NCBI GenBank assembly: GCA_964016885.1
Contig: OZ024746.1
Span: forward strand, 20,336,001-20,400,000
From: Eledone cirrhosa
Lineage: Eukaryota
Direction of reading: 5' to 3'
DNA: 64,000 nt
This document shows positions 24,501-36,500 of this stretch, one piece after another (the stretch's first letter is position 1; every line of letters starts with the position of its first letter). Under the pieces are notes generated by a model. It made no database searches and was not told the DNA's origin. It saw nothing but the letters and a program-made list of their open reading frames with translations. Made by a program: the position numbers and the translations under genes.

Positions 24501-27500
24501 TTCGAAGGATTTTCTACTGAAGACCTTAAAAAATCTAACTCTATAACCGAAAAAAAAAAGCACGTGGTATTTGATAATGAATCCGATGTTTCATTTTCTG
24601 AAAGTGAAAGCAGTGAATCCGAGAGTTCCAGAAGTAGTGTGCAGGAGAAGAGTCTGTGTTGGAATGGACATGTGATGCGCATGGATGATGATCACTGGGT
24701 ACTAAGGAACACCTAGTTGAAGTGGTAAGAGCTGATCTCAGATCGCTAAAGCTCACGGAGGAAATGACAAAGGAATGCAACATGTGGAGAGATGCTATAC
24801 TAAGGGCTCATCCAACCTATGCAAGCGAACGTAAAATGATGATGATGATGATTTGAGATTTATTAAAATTTTAACAAAAACTGTTATCTATGATAGGAAA
24901 TATCTACAAAAATATCCATATTTTTACCTGCATGGTCTGTCAGGAACTCCTATGGTTTTAAAATGTATTTTTTGTTCAATTTTTGTCAAAATAGGTTTTG
25001 CTACAAAAAGTGGATGGATTTTTCTGTATTCCCCTACCTGCTCCTATAACAAAAAATAAAAAAAGAAGTTTTAGTTTTACATTTATAACCTTGGATAATG
25101 ACCAGAAGAACAGTGCTGAAATGGGGTTCCTCCAGAGTTTGTAGTTCACAGATCAGAGTCGCTCCAGGTTGCACTTCCTCTTTTCCAAATTGAGAGATCA
25201 AAACTCTGATATTATAGTTAGAGTGTCTCAGGAAAGAATCGCTGGACAGATTTTACGGGCAAAACCAACCGGCAGAAGCCCCAGAGGTAGAACTTGAGCA
25301 AGATGGTTGGATAACATCCATGAGCTCAGCTGATCATGCTTGGAGATCTAGCTGGATCAGTTGGTTGCTTCTGACAGGACCAGCTGGAAGGAATATTTGA
25401 GGAGTCAATCCCAATAACCCTCTCTGGAATAAGTGGGCAAAGAAGAAGAAAAAGAACATGGTAATGACTTCATATACTTCCATCAATAAATGATAGAGTA
25501 AAGGAATTAATAGATTCAGTACGTGAAACTAGTCACAATCAGTAAACAGAAAATTGTGATTTCAATTCTGATTAAATTAATCATCAGCTCCAATACAGTT
25601 GAAGTCATATGCTCTCTAATTTATGGATAACTTAATTCAACAATTTTAGTATATAATTGTATATATATATGTGAAGGTGCATGGCTTGCAATCGAAAGGA
25701 TGCAAATTCAATTCTCAGACCGGGTGATGTATTGTTTCCTTGAGCAAGACACTTTATTTCACATTGCTCCAGTTTACTCAGCTGTAAAAATGAGATGATA
25801 GGACTGGGGTCCCTATCATTCCACTTCAAAGTGGTCGTGGAGGTGCCATGGCAAAAAAGCACCCAGCACTCACTGTAAATGAGGTTGGTGTTAGGAAGGG
25901 CATCCAGCTGTAGAAACCAAGCCAGAATCAGTTCCCGTATGAGCAAGACAAGGTCAGCCGACCGGACACTGCCCACAACAGGACAATCCGTCTAACCCAT
26001 GCTAGCGTGGAAGAACGGACATAAAACGGTGATGATGATGATGATAAAAAACTAGTGGAAGTTTGATAAAGACTACATATTCCATTATTTGTGTTGTGTA
26101 TGTAGTATGCCAGGCATACAGAGAAAGAAATTGAAAGACAAGTTTCATGTAACTTACAAGGTATTTTTTTTCACCAGCTAATGCTTGTGAAATATATTTA
26201 CCCTTCTTTTTATCATCCAAACTTAACCACTGTTTTGATACATGATTCAATATTTCAATTTGTCGGAGCTGAAAGAAAAAAAAAAATGTAAAATATGGCA
26301 AAAAGCACCCAGTCCGTTCTGTAAAGTGGTTGTGTTGGTGACATGTCAAAAAGCACCCAGTCCACACTATGAAGTGGTCGTGCTGGTGACAACAAAAAGC
26401 ACCCTGCCCAACCTGTAAATGCGGTTGGCATTAGGAAAGGCATCCAGCTGTAAAAGCCAAGCCAGAAACAGTTCTGTATGAGCAAGACGCAGTCATCTGA
26501 TCTGACTTTCTCACGTCAGGATTAACCATCTAACCCATGCTAGCAGGAGAAAATGGATGTTAAGCGATGATGATGATGATGTTTATTGCACAAGATTTTT
26601 CAGTGGAACCATGTAATAAAACAGTTGTTGCTGCATTTTAAGATCATACTCAATATTGCCAATTTAACACAAAACCCGCTAGATTTCACACATTTTAGCT
26701 CTACTCAACACATTCATCTTTAGGTTTGTCATGTTATTGTGGGAATCTCCTAATTAGATATAAATATCATTTATATTTCATAAATAATAATTGTTTCTAC
26801 TTTTTGGCACAAGGCCAGCAATTACCCAGTGCATTACTGGTACTTTATTTTATCGACCTCCGTAAGGATGAAAGGCAAAGTCAACCTCGGCGGGATTTGA
26901 ACTCAGATCGTAAAGGGACGTAACGATGCTGGAAAGCACGGCATCCGACCCTCTACCGATACTGCCAAAATAGTTTCTACTATAGGCACAAAGCCAGCAA
27001 TGGGGGGGGGGGGGAGTCGATTAAATCGCCCCCAGTGCTTTATTTTATTGACCCCATAAGAATGAAAGGCAAAGCTAACCCGCCGAGGTCGATAAAATAA
27101 AGCACCAGTAATGCACTGGGGTCGATTTACTGGTTGCTGCTGAATCTTTTAAAGAAATTCACATCTGAGTCTCTATTGTAAATGGCAGTTTTTCTCTTGT
27201 GTCATGGTCACAACAACCTTTCTAGTGTTGGTGACACAATAAAACACACCCAGTACACTATGTAAATTGATTGATGATAGAAAGGGTATCCAGCAATATA
27301 AAACTTGCCAAACAAAAGGTAGAGGATTCTTCATTTGTGCCAGACATGACATCATTGCTTATTCACAGTGCACTCTGTAGAATTTAAGATCAGTACTGGC
27401 TCTGATTGAGTACTGACTTGGTCTGTAAGAACCCATCAATCCCTTGGTGGCAAGGAAAATGGACATTAAATGATGAAGTAGATGATGATGAAACTTTTTT

Positions 27501-30500
27501 GCACAATTTTGACCTTAATTTAATGCATTTACCCTTGAAATAATTATTAACACAGATAATGAAAACACATGCACTGGGTTGTATGTAGGTCACTTCTTTA
27601 TACTATGAATATGTCAAAATGTTTTGTTATCCATTTGTAATACTGCAGCAAACATATTACCAATATATAATGGAAAACTTTCAGTGATCGATAAAGTCAA
27701 ATACAAATGCATGCTTGATTCAGCAGAATGACCCACCACAACCACTACCACCAATAAAAACATATACACGGTGTATCAACACACACACACATATACAGGG
27801 CGTATCAAAAAGAATCACTAGACATAATCACTCGAGTATGGGACCAGTTTGAATATCATGTAGATGTATGCCATGTGTCTGGGGGAGGGTATAGTGAGCA
27901 TTTGTAAAAATTCTAAATAATATTCAGGCATGTATTGTACAAGTTACCGCATGATCATATGGTCATTTGTTTAAAAAATATAGCATCTTGAAATTGTATG
28001 ATTCTTTTTGATATACCCTGTGTATTTATCATCACTGTTTTTGACTTAACCCTTTAGCATTTAAACTGGCCGTATCTGGCCAGATTTCTTTCACCTCTTT
28101 CTGTTCAAACTGGCCATAACTGGCCACTCATATTGATGTTAAGATATGTAAGATAAAGTCTTTATCGTGGAAATACAATAGTAATGTAAATGCCTACAAG
28201 TCTCAGAATTAAGAAAATAGCCAAAACAGCCTAAGCACTAACTTATGATAACATACTAAATATTCATAGCAAAAGGGGGGCACCAGCCATGGTCAAAGTT
28301 CCAAAATTATAATATAAATAAAAGTAAAATAAAGAAAACTTACTTCAGGATTCTTCTTTGAAAATTTTTTATAATGTGATTCCATATAGAGTTTTAATGG
28401 TGTGATGGGTTTAGGTTTAGTTAGTGCTTTGCCACTGAAAAAGAAACAGATGGTATTATTAAAAATTAAATCTTATGACATTCAAATCTTTCTCAAATGC
28501 ATTAATAATGTAATTATAATGAGATGGCCATGATAAAGAAATGAAACCAGCGCAAGGACTCAGCTTAGGCAGATCTTAACTCTGCTCTGGTGCATAGTTA
28601 ATATATAAGCAATCTCTATAATACCTCCAGCTCACCCTGTCCAGCATTGTCCTCTGAATATCCCCTACCTCCAAACCAGTGTTATCTTCAAAAACATCCT
28701 TTATTGTGAAGAGTGGTCTCCCAACTTGTCTGCACACAACTTATCTAGAAAAGAACCCTGCCAGGAGGTTTGTTGTAACGTTTCATGTCTCATTAATGCA
28801 AGCTTCCTTATGCCTGATGATATGAGAAAAGCGAGTATGTGAACCATAGAGCAAATTATTTGCTACGTGTTTTCCAGTACATGCTCTGGACCTTTCTCAG
28901 CATTCCCATGAATGTGCCATTAATCCTCTTTGTGAGTGGTTTTTTTTAGTGACAATGACACATCTGTCGAGGAGAATTGCCTCAACTGTTGCTTTGAATA
29001 CAATAAAAACTATACTGCTAGAGAATAAAATATAGTCTAGATTTAGTACAAAGACACAATGCCTCTCAGATATATAACAAAAGAAAAAAAGTAGTGGGCA
29101 ATAGTATCTATTGCCTTCTTAAGCCTTAAGCCCTGATAAACAAGATACAATGAAACAACTAAAACATTGTTGCCCATTGAGAATGAGATAACTTGATTGC
29201 ATTACATTTTCCTAAAATTACATATTACAATAAAAGATTCTATATATTCTTAAGTAAACATTTATTTTTTTACAGCATCTTAAAACATGATTTAGTCTGT
29301 ATTGATTTCTGAAAAAAATTGATACCATTAAAAGTATTGATTTGAAAATGTCTTAAAATCTGCTTCAAGCAGTGAGACACCATAATCTGTCATCCAGACT
29401 TAAGGGATTGTACATAGAATTATTAATTGTAACAGCTAATTATAGTAAAATCAGAAACCAGTTTTGTTTCTGTTCATATATTGATTTCTAATTTAGGTAA
29501 AAGGTCAACATAGAATTATTAATTGTAACAGCTAATTATAGTAAAATCAGAATCCAGTTTTTTTTCTGTTCATATATTGATTTCTAATTTAGGTAAAAGG
29601 CCAGCAAATCTGGCAACTGACATAACGTTGAGATATTAGTTTTTAAGTCATTACAAAAAGGTAAAAACAAAAAGATACATACGATACTGAAACTGTCGTT
29701 AACGTCTGAAAATAAAGAGGTAAAGAAAATTATAAAACAGTAATAATGGTTTACTGATTTAGGCACACAGGCAAACAATTTTGGAGGAGGGGAGTCGATA
29801 AAACCAACCCCAGTGCGTGGATTGGCAGTATCGGTAGAGGGTCGGACGCCATACTTTGACGCATAGAGTTACGGCCCTTATCATTCTGAGTTCAAATCCC
29901 GCCGAGGTTAACTTTGCCTTTCATCCTTACGGGGTCGATAAAATAAAGTACCAGTAATGTACTGGATAATTGCTGGCCTTGTGCCAAAAGTAGAAACAAT
30001 TATTGATACTTTACTTTATCGACTCCCATAAGTTTGAAAAGCAAAGCTAACTTCATATTTTTTGGCATGCTACATATTAGATATGTGCATATATTTATAC
30101 AAGTTGGTGCAGTCTTGGTTACACACTCTATATTTATTCAGACATAACTTTAGCATATATGAAAGTCTGGAAAATGGATGTAAAAATGATGATGATGATA
30201 ATGGATATATACAATTAACAACAGGATAAATGATCAAGAGTTTCGATAGATTGTAATTTTGATTTTAACCTTTCTTTGGACATGTAAAAGAAAATGAAGA
30301 CCTATTACAATATAACCTTTATATAAATTCAAGAAAATGTAATATTTGATGACACCTCTTTTGTTACTAAACTGCCCTTGGTTCTACAGGTGGCAAATTT
30401 TCAGAGTCATTACGGATAGAATGCTTTGCAGTATTCATTTCGGCTCTATGCTGAGTTGAAATCCCACTGAGGTTAACTTTGCCTTTCATCCATTTGACGT

Positions 30501-33500
30501 CAATCAAAAAAAATGTACCAGTTTAGTACTGGGGTCAATTTTTTGTCACTCTCTATCCTTCCCTGGAAGAAATCTGCTGTATTCAGACCTGGAGAGGAGA
30601 TGGATCCCGCCAGGTTTAAACATATGCTCTAAAAACACTGTATATCAATACAGCGCCCCTACAACTTCCTCAGAAGTTAAAAGACCATACGTACACATAT
30701 ATAAAAACTAGTATAATCTTATGTAAGAATTTTGCACCAAACACCAGCTTAATAATGAGAGAAAGTTGGTTATGTTACAAAATCCCTCCATTTCATCAAA
30801 TTCTTGATTTGCTTTACATAACAGTAAATTATAATAATAACAATGATGATGATAACAAAAATAATAATAAAAGATGTTTTTTAACAGTTATTTGAAAATC
30901 AAAGGCAGTGTTTTTCATTCAAAATATGACAATGAAAAGGTTAATAGGTTACAGTACTAAGTTTCATGATCAATTAAGACAATCTGATTAATTAAATACA
31001 TTAAAATGAATGTAAGCCTTCATGTTAAGATGATTTGTTATCAGAGCCTATGGAAACAGTGGATATGATGTTAGATCTACGCATGAAATATAAAGTTTGT
31101 AAGTTCTATCCCAGAGAACATGTATATGTCGTTTAATGAAAACTGGATATGAAACTATTGGAAATGTGCTTTACTAAAAAAAAAAAAAGCTAAGAAAAGA
31201 CGAGGTTAAGAGCTCTGAAAATGGTTTCATTTAGTACAAATAACAGAAGTGATGAAAGCACACTATTGAAAATAAATTTACCGGTAACAGTTCAATGGCT
31301 TCTTTTACAATTTCCAGCATAGTTCGGGTCTTGCGAATCTTAAAAATAAAAACAAAAAGGTCAATTAAAGAGTTTTGAAAAGAACACAAATGAACAAAAA
31401 AAGCACACACACATACACACACAATTATCATTATAAATAGCCAACAAGAGGGCATTGGACTGGCAGAATTGGTAGAGCAGACATACTTTGCAGCATGTAG
31501 TTACATCCCTTTACGTTCTGAGTTCAAATCTTGCTGAGGTTGGCTTTGTCTTTCATCCTTACAGAGTCAGTAAAAATAAATTACTGGTAATGCACTGGAG
31601 TCAATTTAATCGACTTTACCCCTCCCCAATATTGTTGGCATTCTGCCTCAAGCAGAAACTATTATAAATAGCCAACAAAGCGTTGCTGATTAAGTTTCTA
31701 GTTAGAATACAAAAGTGTTCATATAACTCCTCCATACCTGTTCTAGACAGGTCCAAAGGCACAATATGGAGAAAGAAGACATAGAATTTGAAGGAGCCCT
31801 TAATAGTTCATTGATCTGAGCCCTGGATAGCTCAACAATTTGAGCCCTTGGTAGCTTGTCAATTTGAGTCCTTGATAGCTCATCGATTCAGACAAGTCCT
31901 AATTGATACATGACAAAAGAGGATAGGAAACAGAGACATACAACACACAGGACAATTGGGAATTTCTACTGGATAGCTAACAGAAGTCTTCAACCAGATC
32001 TATGCTACTCCTGTGACACTAATCTAATGCAAAGCCATGAGATAGTTAACCAACCTGAAATATTTGAGTATTTGAAACAATATTTATTACAATTTTAAGA
32101 TTTTACAGACCAACTTTATACTCTACTTATCCTTGAATGATGGGAAAGAAAACATAGAATATAAAAAATGTGTGGAGATGGAAAAAAGAAGTTGCCATGC
32201 ACATGGCAAATTTGATGAAACCTGGCCTGAGATGTTAAAAGCCTTAAATAGAGGTTTTCTCTGGCTGATTCTTGTGTGCCGAGTGGCCTGGATTACTAGA
32301 AAGCAAATGGCAATCGGGAGTGATAATCCCAATTTTCAAAAAGGGAGACGAGAGATGGTTCCAATCTTTGTTAAGCCTCTACAGTAAAGTCTATGCTAGG
32401 TGTTTGGCAAAGCGATGCAGGGAGGTTGTCGAGCCCAAGCTAGCTAATAAGCAATGCGATTTTCGCTCTGGATGCAGCAGTTGACCAAATAGTCACACTG
32501 CGGAAGGTCTTCCAGAAATCGCAGGAGTATAGCCAAGAGATGTATTCTTGTTTTGTAGACCTCAAAGAAAAGCATATGACATTCCTTGGGACCTGCTGTG
32601 TAAGGTTGTGCAGGAGTATGGGATCGATGGTTAGCTGCCCTGATGTCTTACTTAACCTAACAGATCATCTCCGACTTACACTTGATAGGTTTGATGCAGA
32701 GTGCTGCATGGCTGGAATGAAAATCAGTGCTACAAAAACTGCGCAGTGCATGCTTCATGTGAATGGAGTTCCCTAAAGCAGGTGGAGAAGTTCAAGTATC
32801 ACAGGGCAGTGTTCATGAGTGATGGAAGGCAGGAGGCTAAATTAAGTGCAAAAATTGCAGGAGCTAGTGCAGTAATGCGCCAGCTTCAGCATTCGGTAAC
32901 CAGAAGGGAGGTTGGTGTAAAAGCCCCAAACCCACTACATTCAATTCGGTATTCATGCCAACCCTTACCTATGGTCATGAATCTTGGGTAATGACCAAAA
33001 GAATATGATCGCGGATACAAGCGGCTGAAATGGGGTTCTGCCAAAGATCCTTGCAGTAACGTTACTTGATAGAGTGCGTAACTCGGAGATCAGAATTGAG
33101 CAATCACAGCCCTGATACTATGAGAATGTGGTTAGAATGTCTCAGAAAAGAATTGTTGGACTGATTGTACAGGCAAAACCAAGAAGACCCAGAGCAAGAT
33201 GGATGGATAACATCCATGAGCTTGGCTGGTCTTGCTTGGGGATCCTGCCAGATCAGTTGGAGATAGTTGCTTTTAACCCGCTAGAAGGAGTGTTTGAAGA
33301 ATCTTCCCCCACGGCCATTCCAGGAATAAGTGGGTAAAGAAGAAAATACATTAAAAAAAAAGCAAAAGATTTTCTTTTTTATATACTTACTTTTGAGACA
33401 GCTAATTTATACATAGCCTTACATTCCACATGTGTATACGAATCAAACTCAACACTTTTCCAAATGTCATTATTTTTATCTTCTGTAGAATTTAATAAAT

Positions 33501-36500
33501 TTGTTTCAATTGAAACTAGAAGTTTTAATATATCACTTTTTGGCCATATTCGATTTTCTGAAATATTCATAAAATGTATTTAGAAAAACAGCTTGCTTGA
33601 ACTTTTACATGTAAATATCTACATAAAATGGATTCAGAAAAACAGCTTCTCTGAACTTTACATGTTAAAATCTTCATAAAATGGATTTAGAAAAACAGCT
33701 TGCGTTAACTTTACATGTTAAAATCTTCATAAAATGGATTTAGAAAAACAGCTTGTGTTAACTTTATGTTCCAATGTTTTTAACTAAATATATTTCAATT
33801 AAACTCTAAATATATTCTACCAATACTGCTAATTCACTGCACTAGTTACTATATTAATAATTGTTTCTACTTTTGGCACAAGGCCAGCAATTACCCAGTG
33901 CATTACTGGTACTTTATTTTATCAACCCTGTAAGGATGAAAGGCAAAGTTAAACTCGGCGGGATTTGAACTCAGAATGGCAAGGCATGGCGTCCGACCCT
34001 CTACCGATACTGCCAAGGTTCTAAATTAGGCACAAGGCCAACAATTTTGGAGATGGGGAAAGTTGATTAAATCGACCTCACTGCATTACTGCTACTTTAT
34101 TTTATCGAACCCCTAAAAAATGAACAGCAATGATAACCTCTGCAGGATTTTAAATAAAAAAAAAATAAAAGGCCATAACTCTATGCTACGAAGCATGTTT
34201 TCCGACACTCTACCAATACTACCAATCCATCACCCTGGTTACTATCTTAATAATGAAATAATTTATCATTAATTGAAATAGAGTGTACTTCAAAAGGGTT
34301 AAACTAGTAAATATAATTTGAATATCTATAATTCTTCCCTTTCTAAAATATATCTACTGGTTGGAAGTCAGATTATTATATGTAAGAGATACTTACTTGA
34401 TTTTAAAAATTCATTAAACTCTCCACTTTCTTTTTTTTCTATATTTACATCTTCAAATGAAACAAAAATATAAAAATATGAATTTGTAAATTGGAGACAT
34501 TACTGGTGCAGCAATGCACCAGCTTCAGCTTTTGGTAATCAAAAGGGAGGTAAGTGTAAAAGCCAAACCCACTATCTTCAATTCGGTATTCATGCCAACT
34601 CTTACCTATGGCCATGAATCTTGAGTAATGACCAAAACAATATGATCACAGATACAAGAGGCTGAAATGGGGTTCCTCGGAAGGGTCTTTGGAGTAACGT
34701 TACTCAATAGAGTGCGTAGCTAGGAGATCAGAGAGACACTCCAAGTAGAGCCACTACTTCTCCCAATTGAGAGATCACAGCTCTGATATTATGGACATGT
34801 GGTTAGAATGGCTCAAAAAAGAATTGCTGAACAGATTTTACGGGCAAAACCAACCAGCAAGAGATCCAGTGATAGACCTCAAGCAAGATGGTTGGATAAC
34901 AGCCATGAGCTCAGCTGGTCTCACTTAGGGATCCAGCCAGATCAGTTGGAGACAGTTGCTTGACAGGACCTGCTGGAAAGAGTGGTTGAGGATTCTGACC
35001 CCACGACCCTCCCAGGAATATGTGGGAGGAGAAGGAGGAGACATTATACCATACAAGCATGGATAATAAACAGTAAATGATGATATACCAAATGAGTCAG
35101 GTTTTTTGTTTTAGTTTTTCCAGGCCTATTGTTCTACCTGTTTCATAGTCTACACAAACGTAGCTAGCAGTACCAATTGATGATAAAATAAATAATAGTA
35201 GAATAGGTAAAAGTCAATTTCAACATAAATAATCAAATGTATACTAATGTCCAAACCATATATTCACATGAGCGAAGTACGATGTTGGATGGTAGTGAAA
35301 CATGGGCAGTGATTACAGAGGAAATATGTAGGCTGGAGGGAAATGAAGTTACCATATTTCGTTCGATATGCCATGTAAATGTGAGAGAAAGTCAGAGCTT
35401 GGATGAACTGAAGGAGAAATTGGGTTTAAGAATAACCCAAAGTGGCATGCAAGAGGGAAGACTATGTTAGTATGGACATATGATGCACATGGATGATGAT
35501 CGCTAGTTGAAGGGGTGTTAGGAAATCCCAGTGAAACGAAGCTGCAGTTGACGCAGATCAAGGAAGAATTCGGCAGAGTAGGTAAGGGCTGATTTCAAAT
35601 TGCTGAGAATCACAAAGGAGATGATGAAGGATTGTGATGAGTGGAGAGATGCAGTGCTGAAAACGACCCCTCCAACCCATGCAAGCAGGGAAAACTGGTC
35701 ATAAAAATTATGATGATGATTATAATTAAAGAAAACATACTCTTGCTAATTTTATTTAATCTAGAGTAAACAAAACTTCTATTAATCAATGAAAAATAAT
35801 GTATGAAAGAATAACACTAGTGTGCATGTGTGTAGGCTTAATATTAAACTATCATCATCAGTTTTACGTCTGTTTTGCCTTGTTGGCATGGGCTACACAA
35901 GACTTTTATGAGGCAGAATTCTAAAGCTGTAGTGGAAGACATTTGACTAAAATGTCATGTAGTGGAATAGAACCCAAGACCACTTTATTGTGAAGCGAAG
36001 TTCTTAGCCACACAGCCATGCCTGTGCCTCCTATGAAAATGCACCAATACCTACACACATAATAGATAATTCACATCATGATGACTGGGAAATGCACTAA
36101 ATAAACTGTAATGAAAACAAGTCTAAAATACAAAACTGCTTTCATTTATAAAATAATACCCAGTACATTCTGTAAAGTGGTTGGCATCCAGCGATAAAAA
36201 ACATGCTCCCAGTACATGCTGTCAGAGCATCCAGCCAAGCAAGAGATTGGAAGGACCCTTCAGTTTATGTCAAAAGGCATGACTACAACTTCTCTGTACT
36301 CAATAGAACATACCACCGTACATAAGCGAGATGCAGACACCTTGCCTGTCTGAAAGGTCATTAGCCCCACTTCAGCATTGAATTACCTGTCCAACCCTTG
36401 CTAGCAGGGAAGGTTGATGTTAAATGGTGATGACAATGATGATACACACAATATTAAAATCTCATGTAAAATTACTCACTTTCCTCAGCTTCAATGCCAT

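Noticed and set aside
24462-24716. Acidic Ser/Glu ORF as the missing UBF acidic tail or a host exon
   Set aside because: It is on the opposite strand to the UBF-like gene, lies inside a TTAA-CCCTTT piggyBac-like end and runs into an RTE fragment.
29813-29900. tRNA genes at SINE heads (A/B boxes here and at 57711)
   Set aside because: No cloverleaf; each continues into a multi-copy SINE body.
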